This document shows, piece after piece, positions 45,817 to 56,617 of a stretch of DNA of 64,000 nt. This stretch comes from Actinomycetota bacterium (GTDB lineage: Bacteria > Actinomycetota > Actinomycetes > S36-B12 > UBA10799). The DNA lies in assembly GCA_020637055.1 (NCBI GenBank), contig JACJWR010000001.1:101237-165236 (forward strand), written 5' to 3'. The position numbers and the translations under genes were made by a program. The notes beneath the pieces were generated by a model, which was given only the letters and a program-made list of their open reading frames with translations, did no database searches and had not been told where the DNA came from. How positions within the stretch are numbered: the stretch's first letter is position 1; every line of letters begins with the position of its first letter.

Positions 45817-47157
45817 CTAGGAAGGGCCCACCCAGATCCTGCGGCCCCTGCGTTTGGCCTCGTACAGCCGGCGGTCGGCGGTCCGCAGCAGGTCCTCGGG
45901 GTCACGCAACTGCGAGCCCTGCGCGACGGCGAGTCCCGCGCTCAGCGTCACCGCTTGCGGCGGATCCGGCCGCGCGGGTGACGCTGTGGCCGGCCGGTCC
46001 GGCAAACCGATAGCCGCCAGATCCCGCCAGACGTCGGCCAGCCAGCGCTGGGCGGAATCCGCGTCGCAGCCGGGGATGAGCACCGCGAACTCGTCGCCGC
46101 CCCAGCGGGCGGCCAGACCCCGCGGACGGGGCACCCGATGGGCGAGGAAATCCGCGAGTTCCCGCAGCACCGAGTCGCCGGCCTCGTGTCCCGACTCGTC
46201 GTTGATGGACTTGAACCAGTCCACATCCATCACCGCCAGCGCCAACGGCTCGCCGGTCGCCGCAGCCACCGCAGTCATCACGTGGAGTTGCTCGTCGAAG
46301 TGCCGCCGGTTGGCAAGTCCGGTCAGCGCGTCCTCTCGGGACCTCGATTCGGCTTCCCGTTCGGCGATCTTCTGCGCGGTGACGTCGGTGCGCACCGAGA
46401 CGTAGCCGACGATTTGGCCGAGCATGTCGTGGCGTGGCGAGATCGAGGCCGCCACCCAGTAGAGGGACCCGTCCTTGCGCATGTTGCACACCTCACCGCG
46501 CCACACCCGGCCGGACGTGAGCGTGTCCCACATCGCGGTGTAGAACTCCGGCGGATGGTGCCCGGACTTGAGGATGCGATGGTTCTGGCCCAGCAACTCG
46601 TCGCGACGGTAGCCCGAGAGTTCGCAGAACGCCTGATTCGCGTGCGTGATGGTGCCTTCGACATCGGTCATCGAGACGATGGTGTGCTGGTCGATGGACT
46701 CGAGCAGGGTGGTCATCGACTCGTGCGAGGTCTTCAAGTCGGTGATGTCGGTGAACGTGGCCACCGCCCAGGTCTGCTCACCGACCGGGACCGGATTGGC
46801 ATCGATGAGGATCCACCGGTAGTCGTCCACGGCCGGGTTGAAGACCCCCATCGTCACACCGCGGACCGGTTCGCCGGTGGCAAGCACCTGCATCGCCGGA
46901 TGTTCCTCGCCGGGGAACTCGCGGTGATCTTCACGCACGGCACGCCACCGCGGATCGATCGAGGTCCGGCCCTGCATCTGGGTGATGCTCAAGCCGAGAA
47001 TGCGCTCGGCTGCGCTGTTGGCGTCCCGGATGGCGCCGTCGGGCGATTGGTAGACGACACCTACCGGCAAGTGGCCGAAGAGGGTGGCCCGCCACTCCTC
47101 GTGCCTGCTGGCCGGTCCGTCGGCAAACCGGGAGGTGACGTCAGCACTCACGCTCAC
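45817..47157 (-). CDS. PAS-PAS-GGDEF diguanylate cyclase
   Basis: Two PAS-like modules (..DANSAAERILG.., ..HANQAFCELSGYRRDELLGQNHRILKSG..), LTGLANRRHF, DVDWFKSINDESGHEAGD, intact GGDEF in RWGGDEFAVL. GTG start. Confidence 0.88.
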   Translation of the reverse strand: MSVSADVTSRFADGPASRHEEWRATLFGHLPVGVVYQSPDGAIRDANSAAERILGLSITQMQGRTSIDPRWRAVREDHREFPGEEHPAMQVLATGEPVRGVTMGVFNPAVDDYRWILIDANPVPVGEQTWAVATFTDITDLKTSHESMTTLLESIDQHTIVSMTDVEGTITHANQAFCELSGYRRDELLGQNHRILKSGHHPPEFYTAMWDTLTSGRVWRGEVCNMRKDGSLYWVAASISPRHDMLGQIVGYVSVRTDVTAQKIAEREAESRSREDALTGLANRRHFDEQLHVMTAVAAATGEPLALAVMDVDWFKSINDESGHEAGDSVLRELADFLAHRVPRPRGLAARWGGDEFAVLIPGCDADSAQRWLADVWRDLAAIGLPDRPATASPARPDPPQAVTLSAGLAVAQGSQLRDPEDLLRTADRRLYEAKRRGRRIWVGPS

Positions 47158-47223
47158 ACCCCAATCACGACGCTTTCGGAACGCTCCGGGTCCGCTCCAC
47201 GATACTCCGGGGGTTCCCTGGCG

Positions 47224-48150
47224 CTAGTCGACCAAACCCTTCGACGTGAGGAACTCCTCCGCCACCTTGCGGGGGTTGGCCCGGTCGACTTCGATCTGCT
47301 GGTTCATCTGTTGGAGTTCTTCGGTGGTCAGCGCGGCCGACACCGCGTCCAGCGCGGCCACGACGGTGTCGCTGGCGGCCGCCGAATTCAGCGCCGGGGT
47401 GACGTTCTCGGCGGTCTGCAACTGCTTGTCGTCGGTGAGCACCACGAGGTCGTTCGAGGTGATGGAGCCGGAGGAGGAGAACACCAGGCCGACGTTGATC
47501 TTGCCTTGGGTGAGGGCTTGCACCGTGAGCGGACCGCCGGCGTCCAGCGGCGTGAAAGAGGCGATCTTCATCCCGTAGGTCTCCTCCAGGCCGGGCTGGC
47601 AGAACGGCCGCTGCGGGCATTCCGGCGGACCACCGAGGTTGACCGGGTTGGTTTGCGAATAGGCGGCGAGGTCCGAGAGCGTCTTCAGGTTGTTGGCCTT
47701 GGCGAACTCGGAGGTGACCGCGAAGGCGTTCTGGTCCTGCGCCGGCGACGGTGTGAGCAGGGCGATTCCCTGCTGCTCGGCCAGCGGCTTGGCCGCCTCG
47801 TAGGTGGCCGCGGCATCGCCGGTGGCCAACTGCGGTGCGTCGGGCCCGTTCACCTGGCGGTTGATGAACTCGGTGAAACTTCCGAGGTACTCGGGGGTGG
47901 CCTGGATCTCGCCGGACTCCAGCGCCGGGATGATCACTTCCCGGGTGGTGAGTTCCTTGATCGAAGCGCTGACACCCTTCGACTCCAGAATCTGCTGGTA
48001 CATGTTGGCCAACAGGGTGGTCTCGGAGAAGTTGGTGGTCGCGATGGTGATCGACTCCGAATCCCCGCCCGAGCCACCCGAATCCGACGAACAACCGGCG
48101 ATGAGCAGGGCGGATGCGGCGACGGCGGTGGCAAGAACACGAAGTCTCAT
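47224..48150 (-). CDS. Osmoprotectant (glycine betaine/choline-type) ABC transporter substrate-binding lipoprotein
   Basis: LLIAGCSSD lipobox; OpuBC/OsmF-like pattern (TNFSETTLLANMY.., YGMK..F.PLD.GGPLT..AL..G.I). Confidence 0.8.
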   Translation of the reverse strand: MRLRVLATAVAASALLIAGCSSDSGGSGGDSESITIATTNFSETTLLANMYQQILESKGVSASIKELTTREVIIPALESGEIQATPEYLGSFTEFINRQVNGPDAPQLATGDAAATYEAAKPLAEQQGIALLTPSPAQDQNAFAVTSEFAKANNLKTLSDLAAYSQTNPVNLGGPPECPQRPFCQPGLEETYGMKIASFTPLDAGGPLTVQALTQGKINVGLVFSSSGSITSNDLVVLTDDKQLQTAENVTPALNSAAASDTVVAALDAVSAALTTEELQQMNQQIEVDRANPRKVAEEFLTSKGLVD

Positions 48151-48157
48151 GCCGCGA

Positions 48158-48178
48158 GCGTGTCATCAGTCGACACGC
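48158..48178 (-). promoter_or_regulatory. Intercistronic stem-loop between the permease and binding-protein genes
   Basis: GCGTGTC (48158-48164) pairs with GACACGC (48172-48178), 7-nt loop, in the 76-nt gap. Confidence 0.35.
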
Positions 48179-48226
48179 CGGACCAGGATTCCCGAGCGGG
48201 TCGTTACCGAGTTGTGACCAGGTGAT

Positions 48227-48934
48227 TCACCCCGCCACCGGCTCCGGCGCGTCCATCGCGGGTTGGTCGGTCAGACTGTCGGCCTTCATCCCGCGGGGTG
48301 TCACCACACGTTGCAGCAACGCCATGACACCCTCGGCCGCAACCGAGATGGCGGCGGTCAGAATCGCACCGGCCACGATCAGGGTGGTGTCCTGCAGGGC
48401 GAAACCGTCCACCACGTAGCGTCCGAGACCGCCCGACCCCACCACCGCGGCCAGCGACGCGGTGGCCACCACCTGAACGGACGCGGTGCGGATACCGGCT
48501 GCGAGCAACGGCACGGCCAGTGGGATCTCGACCCGCCAGAGCACCGCGACCCCACCCATCCCCATGCCGACGGCGGCGTCCCTGACCTCTGGATCGACGC
48601 CGCTGATGCCGGTGAAAGTGTTGGTCAGCAGCGGCGGGATCGCGAACAGCGCCAGCGCCAGGATCGCCGCGAGATCACCCACCCCGATGGCGGCGATCGA
48701 CGCCAAGATGATGAGCACACCAAGGGTCGGAACGGCGCGGCCGATGTTGCCGATGTTGGTGGCCACGAACGTTCCCTTGCGGGCGTGCCCGAGGATGAGT
48801 CCGACCGGCAGCGCGACCACCAGCGCGATGAGCATCGCCGAGACGCTAATGACGATGTGCTGCCAGGTGCGCACCGGAATGCCGTTGGGACCGCTCCAGT
48901 TGGCCGGATCGGTGAACCACTGCCACACGCTCAC
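48227..48934 (-). CDS. ABC transporter permease (OpuBB/OsmW-like)
   Basis: BPD_transp_1-type permease with EAA-like loop VRDAAVGMGMGGVAVLWRVEIPLAVP; GTGA overlap with the upstream permease gene. Confidence 0.85.
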   Translation of the reverse strand: MSVWQWFTDPANWSGPNGIPVRTWQHIVISVSAMLIALVVALPVGLILGHARKGTFVATNIGNIGRAVPTLGVLIILASIAAIGVGDLAAILALALFAIPPLLTNTFTGISGVDPEVRDAAVGMGMGGVAVLWRVEIPLAVPLLAAGIRTASVQVVATASLAAVVGSGGLGRYVVDGFALQDTTLIVAGAILTAAISVAAEGVMALLQRVVTPRGMKADSLTDQPAMDAPEPVAG

Positions 48935-49623
48935 GCCGACCTCCTATTCCGCGACCACGGCGTCAGCCCCCACTGAACGCCCAGTAGCAGGACTTCGAAG
49001 ACCACCGCCAGCAGCACGCAGCAGATCGTCGCGGTGGCGATCTGCGCGTGATAGAAGTTCTGCTGGAATCCGGAGAGGATCAGTTGGCCGAACCCGCCGT
49101 AGCCCACCAGCGCGCCGATCGTCACCATCCCGACGGTCGACACGGTGGCGATCCTGATGCCGGCCAGGATGGTGGGCATCGCCAGCGGCAACTCGACCCG
49201 CAGCAGAGTCTCCCGCTTCCCCATACCCATGCCTTGGGCGGCATCGACCACGTCCGTCGGCACGCCGTCCAGACCGACGATGGTGTTGCGCAGCACCACC
49301 AGCAGCGCGTAGACGGCGAGCGCCAGCACCACCGTGGCAGGAGAGAGCCCGAAGACCGGCCACAGCAATGAGATCAGCGCCAACGACGGGATCGTGTACA
49401 TCACTCCGCTGAGGCCGAGAACGGCCGGCTCCCAACGTCGGAATCGGCGCACCAGCACCGCCAGCGGGAACGCCACCAGCAGCGCCAGCGCCACCGAAGA
49501 TACGGTCAGGAACACGTGCTGTTGACCGGCCTGGATCAACTCGTCGGAGTACTCCGTCACGTAGTCCCAGGAGAACCACGGGTTCGACGAGTCGGCCCAG
49601 AGGTCGGGTGAGATCGGAGTCAC
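48931..49623 (-). CDS. ABC transporter permease (OpuBD/OsmY-like)
   Basis: VVDAAQGMGMGKRETLLRVELPLAMP EAA loop, 5-6 TM. Confidence 0.85.
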   Translation of the reverse strand: MTPISPDLWADSSNPWFSWDYVTEYSDELIQAGQQHVFLTVSSVALALLVAFPLAVLVRRFRRWEPAVLGLSGVMYTIPSLALISLLWPVFGLSPATVVLALAVYALLVVLRNTIVGLDGVPTDVVDAAQGMGMGKRETLLRVELPLAMPTILAGIRIATVSTVGMVTIGALVGYGGFGQLILSGFQQNFYHAQIATATICCVLLAVVFEVLLLGVQWGLTPWSRNRRSA

Positions 49624-49663
49624 CCCACCGACGCTACCGCCGACGGCGAAGGCTGTTCAGCAA

Positions 49664-49738
49664 TTGTGACAAAGCGTTATCTGGCTTCGACTTCTTCGCC
49701 TCGGCGTTCGACTTTCCACCCCGCAGCGACAGTTGTGA
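49664..49738. promoter_or_regulatory. Repeat motifs in the divergent Opu control region
   Basis: CAGCnAnTTGTGA at 49664-49669 and 49733-49738 (TTGTGA cores); TTCGACTT at 49686-49693 and 49707-49714 (21-nt spacing). Confidence 0.3.
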
Positions 49739-49795
49739 TGATCTAACGTGGACCGCATCGCCCGAACCGGGACCGCCGAGAGAGGACGAACCGCG

Positions 49796-50752
49796 ATGGA
49801 CCACACCGCCGATCCGATGATTCGGCTGGACAACGCCAGCAAGCAGTATCCCGATGGCACTGTGGCGGTGCACGAGCTCACCATGGACGTCCGGCCGGGG
49901 GAGATCTGCGCGCTGGTCGGACCGTCCGGGTGCGGCAAGACCACCACCATGCGAATGATCAACAGGCTGGCGGAACCGACCGGCGGCCGGGTGCTCGTGG
50001 GTGGCGTAGATGTCACCGAGGTCGACGTCAAGGAGTTGCGCCGCCACATCGGCTACGTGATCCAGGCGGTGGGCCTGTTCCCGCACTACACGGTGGGTAA
50101 GAACGTCGCGACCGTCTGTTCGCTGTTGGGTTGGGACTCGGCCCGGATCAAGAGTCGGGTGGACGAACTGCTCGAACTGGTCGGGCTGCCGCCGGGGGTG
50201 TATCGGGATCGCTACCCGCATCAACTCTCCGGCGGTCAGCGGCAGCGGGTCGGGGTGGCCCGGGCACTCGCGGCGGATCCACCCGTGCTGCTCATGGATG
50301 AACCCTTCGGCGCCGTGGACCCCATCGCCCGGGACAACCTGCAGACGCAGTTCCTCGCACTCCAGGAACGGGTGCGCAAGACCGTGGTGCTGGTGACCCA
50401 CGACATCGACGAGGCGGTCCGGATGGCCGACCGCATCGCGGTGATGAAACAGGGCGGCTACCTCGAGCAGTACGCCGCGCCGGCGGAGATCCTCGCGCAT
50501 CCGGCCAACGATTTCGTGGCCGACTTCGTGGGCGCCGATCGCACCCTGAAACGACTCTCGGTGACACCGCTGCCTTCGCTGTCCCAGACCGCGGGCGACG
50601 ACCTCCCGCAGGTGCCGGCGGACGCGACCCTGCAAGAGGCCCTGACGGCGCTGCTGGAGTCACCCAAGGGAAAGGTCGCGGTAGTCGGAGACACCGAACC
50701 CCGATTGCTCACCTTGGATGCGGTGCACGCCGCCCTGCAGAGCGCGGCCTAG
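49796..50752 (+). CDS. Osmoprotectant ABC transporter ATP-binding protein
   Basis: GPSGCGKTT Walker A, LSGGQRQRV signature, LLMDEPFGAVD Walker B, short C-terminal regulatory tail. ATG 49796 preceded by GAGAGAGGA. Confidence 0.9.
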   Translation: MDHTADPMIRLDNASKQYPDGTVAVHELTMDVRPGEICALVGPSGCGKTTTMRMINRLAEPTGGRVLVGGVDVTEVDVKELRRHIGYVIQAVGLFPHYTVGKNVATVCSLLGWDSARIKSRVDELLELVGLPPGVYRDRYPHQLSGGQRQRVGVARALAADPPVLLMDEPFGAVDPIARDNLQTQFLALQERVRKTVVLVTHDIDEAVRMADRIAVMKQGGYLEQYAAPAEILAHPANDFVADFVGADRTLKRLSVTPLPSLSQTAGDDLPQVPADATLQEALTALLESPKGKVAVVGDTEPRLLTLDAVHAALQSAA

Positions 50753-50776
50753 CCACTTCCGGAAGGCACCTCGGGG

Positions 50777-51064
50777 TCAGCCGTCCGACTCCGCCCCATG
50801 CTCGCGCAGGTAGGTGGCGAAGCGCGCGACGAACAGCGGTTCCATCTCCCCCACCGACTCGGAGCCGAACGCCTCCCGGGCGGCGGAGACCAACTCGATG
50901 ATCGACCCGGAGGTCTCCCCGAGCGACCCGCCTTCGGTCGACATCGCGTTCATCGCCGGGGTGTGCCGGAAGAGGTCGTAGAAGAAGCCGAGGTCGTGGC
51001 GCTGCTCAGCGAGTTCGAAAGCCTTGTCGCGCAGTTCGTCGTACGGGAGATCCTCATAGGCCAT
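50777..51064 (-). CDS. Small acidic hypothetical protein (95 aa)
   Basis: MAYEDLPYDELRDKAFELAEQRHDLGFFYDLFRH...; coding-like composition; start overlaps the DUF3180 gene end by 11 nt. Confidence 0.55.
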   Translation of the reverse strand: MAYEDLPYDELRDKAFELAEQRHDLGFFYDLFRHTPAMNAMSTEGGSLGETSGSIIELVSAAREAFGSESVGEMEPLFVARFATYLREHGAESDG

Positions 51065-51617
51065 GACGTGATCCTAGCGACCCATCCGGGGCTGGTGCCC
51101 CGGCTCCGCGGAGGCTCTGGTGGGGATGCACCCAGTCGGCGTCGGAGTCGCCCTCCGGCGCCGGCGGCGAGGACTCATCGTCGTCGCCGGGCAGCCGGCA
51201 GATCTTCTCCAGCCAGTAGGCGGCGGCGACCAGGGCGAACGAGACCACTACCCCGGCCGCGCAGATCAGGGCACGCTCCCGGGCGATGGGAACCCCGAGA
51301 TCGGCACTGAACCACAAGCCGATCCCGGCGTAGCCGCCGGCGGTGACCGCACCCGCGCGGGAGGCCGCCATGGCAAGTGCCGCGCTGCGCACCGCCAGGA
51401 AGGGATCCACCGGACCGGCGTCGAATCGGATCCGCCGCCGCAGATTCCAGGCCCATCCGGCCAGCACCACCGCGCAGGCACCGACCGTGATCACCGACGA
51501 CCAGGGCACCGGGATCGACCTTTGGGCGGTGTTGTCCACGATGTCGGCCACCGCCCAGCCCATCGTGGTGGCGATGGCGGCGACCACCGCGAGCATCGGG
51601 AGTCGGGTGGGCGTCAC
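51054..51617 (-). CDS. DUF3180-type membrane protein (downstream partner of folK in actinobacteria)
   Basis: Four hydrophobic helices, acidic/Pro-rich tail; GTGA overlap with folB-folK. Confidence 0.7.
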   Translation of the reverse strand: MTPTRLPMLAVVAAIATTMGWAVADIVDNTAQRSIPVPWSSVITVGACAVVLAGWAWNLRRRIRFDAGPVDPFLAVRSAALAMAASRAGAVTAGGYAGIGLWFSADLGVPIARERALICAAGVVVSFALVAAAYWLEKICRLPGDDDESSPPAPEGDSDADWVHPHQSLRGAGAPAPDGSLGSRHGL

Positions 51618-52474
51618 AACTCGATCCTCAGGTCCTCGGCAACGGCGACCCCGGTCTGGTCGACTCCCGCCGCCAGATCAGCCACCCGCGGGCCATCGGG
51701 CCCACCGAGCCGGTCGTCGGGGGACAACATGGCCCAGGGCACGAGGACGAAGGCGCGCTCGGCCGCGCGCGGATGCGGCAGCACCAGGTCGGGTTCGTCC
51801 ACCGTTCTTCCGGCGAAGTCGAGGATGTCGACGTCGATCGGCCTCGGCCCCCAGCGCACATCCCGATTGCGATCGGCAGCGTCCTCGATTCGCCGGCAGA
51901 GGCGCAACAATTCGAAGGGGTTCAATTCGGTGCGACCCACGGCCACCGCGTTGAGGAAATCGGGCTGGCCGTCCGGACCGCCCACCGGAGTGGTTCGCAT
52001 CACCGGGGAGACCGCCGTCACCTGCACCCCCGCATCGACCAGCCCGGCCACCGCGTTCTGCAGTTCGGCCAGCCGATCGCCCAAGTTGGATCCCAGACCG
52101 AGGACCACCCGGGCCGGCGACCGCCGGCGCCGGGTCACCACGACGTCGGCGACTCCGACCGGCATCGGCGCGTGCGGCTTGTGCACCGACACAGTGACCG
52201 ATTGTGCACCCGGCAGCGCAGCGAGCTCGGCAGCGATGCGGTCGGCCAGGGTTTCGATCAGCGCGCAGGGTTCCCCGGTGATCATGCTGTGGACCAGGGT
52301 TGCCACAGCGCCGTAGTCGATGGTGAGTTCCAGGTCGTCGGTGGCGGCCGCCGCCCCGAAATCGGTGTCGATCGACACGTCCACGGCGAATTCCTGCCCG
52401 TACCGCTGTTCGTGCTCGAGCACTCCGTGGTGGCCGAAAGCCCGAATCCCGCGGACCTCAATCCGATCGGTCAC
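51614..52474 (-). CDS. Bifunctional dihydroneopterin aldolase / 2-amino-4-hydroxy-6-hydroxymethyldihydropteridine diphosphokinase (FolB-FolK fusion)
   Basis: N-terminal [32 protein letters not shown] (FolB), then with no stop VVLGLGSNLGDR...GPRPIDVDIL...LPHPRAAERAFVLVPW (FolK). GTG 52474 overlaps the folP stop. Confidence 0.88.
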   Translation of the reverse strand: MTDRIEVRGIRAFGHHGVLEHEQRYGQEFAVDVSIDTDFGAAAATDDLELTIDYGAVATLVHSMITGEPCALIETLADRIAAELAALPGAQSVTVSVHKPHAPMPVGVADVVVTRRRRSPARVVLGLGSNLGDRLAELQNAVAGLVDAGVQVTAVSPVMRTTPVGGPDGQPDFLNAVAVGRTELNPFELLRLCRRIEDAADRNRDVRWGPRPIDVDILDFAGRTVDEPDLVLPHPRAAERAFVLVPWAMLSPDDRLGGPDGPRVADLAAGVDQTGVAVAEDLRIEL

Positions 52475-53328
52475 GCGTCCACCTCCTGCCAGGCCGCGGC
52501 GACGCGAACGGCATCGGCGCTGTCCCGCACGTTGTGCACCCGCACGGCCCACACCTGGCGTGCTGCCAGCAACGCCGTCACCGCGGTCGTCGCCGCTTCC
52601 CGTTCCGGAATTGCGCGCGGCCCGGATTCGTCGGCGAGCAATGCCCCGAGGAACCGCTTGCGGGAGGCTCCAACCAACAACGGGTGTCCCAGCGCCGACA
52701 GTTGATCGACGTGGGCCAACAGGGCCCAGTTGTGCTCCGGCCTCTTGGCGAAGCCGAGGCCAGGGTCGACGACCACCCGCCGCGGATCGATCCCAGCGGC
52801 TTCGCAGGCGGCCAGCCGGTCACGGAGTTCGGCCACCACATCGGCCACCACGTCGCGGTAGACCGCCTTGGTGTCCATGTACCAGCCGTGGCCACGCCAA
52901 TGCATCACCACGTAGGGCACGTCCACCTCGGCCATCGCGGCCAACATCTGCGGATCCGCCAGGCCCCCGCTGACGTCGTTCACCAGGCAGGCGCCGGCCG
53001 CCACAGCATCGGCCGCGACTCCGGCGCGCATGGTGTCGATGGAGACCGGCACGTCGGCCGCCGCGAGGGCCTCGACCACCGGCAGCACCCGCTGCCGCTC
53101 GACGTCCTCCTCCACCCGGGCAGCGCCCGGCCGGGTCGATTCGCCGCCGACGTCGACCAGGTCGGCCCCGGCCGCACGCAGCGCGATCCCGGCGGCGACC
53201 GCGGATTCGACATCGTCATGCCTGCCGCCGTCGGAGAACGAATCCGGCGTCACGTTGAGCACCCCGAACACGCACGTGCGTTCGAGGCCGGCCAGGCTCG
53301 GCGGCAGGCCTTCGGGGGCGTGGATCAT
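52471..53328 (-). CDS. folP: Dihydropteroate synthase
   Basis: [49 protein letters not shown] 53328 overlaps the folE stop (ATGA). Confidence 0.93.
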   Translation of the reverse strand: MIHAPEGLPPSLAGLERTCVFGVLNVTPDSFSDGGRHDDVESAVAAGIALRAAGADLVDVGGESTRPGAARVEEDVERQRVLPVVEALAAADVPVSIDTMRAGVAADAVAAGACLVNDVSGGLADPQMLAAMAEVDVPYVVMHWRGHGWYMDTKAVYRDVVADVVAELRDRLAACEAAGIDPRRVVVDPGLGFAKRPEHNWALLAHVDQLSALGHPLLVGASRKRFLGALLADESGPRAIPEREAATTAVTALLAARQVWAVRVHNVRDSADAVRVAAAWQEVDA

Positions 53329-53900
53329 GAGCCGATGATGAGGCTCATGGCCTCCGCCCGAGTCGCCACGTCGCGCAACTGACCCCGGACCGCGCTGGTG
53401 ATGGTGCGGCTGCCCGGCTTCTTCACACCCCGCATCGCCATGCACAGGTGTTCGCACTCCAACACCACGATGACACCGCGCGGATTCAGGTACTCCTCCA
53501 TGGTGTCGGCGATCTGGGTCGTCAACCGCTCCTGCACTTGCGGCCGGCGGGAGTAGAGGTCCACCAACCGGGCCATCTTCGACAGCCCGGTGATCCGGCC
53601 GTCCGCCTCGGGGATGTAGCCCACATGTGCGGTGCCGAAGAAGGGCACCAGGTGGTGTTCGCACATGCTCCACACTTCGATATCGCGCACCAGGACCATC
53701 TCGTCGTGGGCAAGATCGAACGTGGTGGACATGATGTCCGCGGGATCCTGGCGCAGCCCCGCGAACACCTCGGCGTACATCCGAGCGACCCGCGCCGGCG
53801 TGTCGAGCAGACCGTCGCGGTCGGGATCCTCACCGATCGCGAGCAGGAGTTCGCGGATGGCGCTCTCGGCGCGGGGGAAGTCGAATTCGGGCAGGGTCAT
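53325..53900 (-). CDS. folE: GTP cyclohydrolase I
   Basis: [45 protein letters not shown] 53900, 16 nt after the ftsH stop. Confidence 0.93.
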   Translation of the reverse strand: MTLPEFDFPRAESAIRELLLAIGEDPDRDGLLDTPARVARMYAEVFAGLRQDPADIMSTTFDLAHDEMVLVRDIEVWSMCEHHLVPFFGTAHVGYIPEADGRITGLSKMARLVDLYSRRPQVQERLTTQIADTMEEYLNPRGVIVVLECEHLCMAMRGVKKPGSRTITSAVRGQLRDVATRAEAMSLIIGS

Positions 53901-53916
53901 GGCTGGCCCTTCAGAG

Positions 53917-55935
<2,019 letters not shown>

Positions 55936-56059
55936 TGCGACGAGGGTATAACGGGCACGGCGACTACGCCTATGCCGAGGGCGGGCCTTCGCCTACGGGC
56001 GAACGCCGACCACACCGGTCCCGCCCCACCGCGGTTCCGCCGGCGTCGTCCGCCCGCGG

Positions 56060-56617
56060 TCACCGGCCGTTGAACACAGCCGGATTGAGCACCCCGACGC
56101 AGCGTAGGTTCCGGTAGCGCTCGGCGTAGTCCAATCCGTAGCCCACCACAAATTCGTCCGGGATGTCGAAGCCGAGATAGTCCACCTCGATGCCGTTGTG
56201 CACCGCCTCCGGTTTGCGCAGCAGGGTCATCACCTTCAACGACGACGCACCGCGGGCCTTCAGGGTGCGCCGCAACCAGTCCAGCGTCAGCCCCGAATCG
56301 AGCACGTCTTCGACCACCAACACATGCCGGCCGGCGACATCCTGGTCGAGGTCCTTCAGAATGCGCAGCACCCCGGAGGAACTGGTGCGCGACCCGTAGG
56401 AGCTGATCGCCATCCACTCGATGCTGGCCGACGTCCGCAACGCTCGGGAGAGGTCTGCCATCACCATGATGGCGCCCTTCAGCACCCCGACCAGCAGCAG
56501 ATCTTGACCCCGGTAGTCGGAGTCGATCTCCGCCGCCAGTTCCGCGATCCGGGTCTCGATCTGCTCAGGGGTGAGCAGGACCTCGATGATGTCTGAGTTG
56601 ACGTCGGCAGGGTCCAC
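56060..56617 (-). CDS. hpt: Hypoxanthine phosphoribosyltransferase
   Basis: [18 protein letters not shown] motif, [16 protein letters not shown]; GTG start with GAGGAG RBS. Confidence 0.93.
   Translation of the reverse strand: MDPADVNSDIIEVLLTPEQIETRIAELAAEIDSDYRGQDLLLVGVLKGAIMVMADLSRALRTSASIEWMAISSYGSRTSSSGVLRILKDLDQDVAGRHVLVVEDVLDSGLTLDWLRRTLKARGASSLKVMTLLRKPEAVHNGIEVDYLGFDIPDEFVVGYGLDYAERYRNLRCVGVLNPAVFNGR

Noticed and set aside
49624-49795. c-di-AMP (ydaO-type) or other riboswitch upstream of the osmoprotectant ABC ATPase
   Set aside because: I could not find the conserved pseudo-two-fold ydaO core elements or any convincing multi-stem structure, only short repeated words.
50756-50765. 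10-nt palindrome CTTCCGGAAG between the convergent ABC ATPase and 95-aa genes as a bidirectional terminator
   Set aside because: It forms a 5-bp stem with no loop, which is too weak to support a terminator call.
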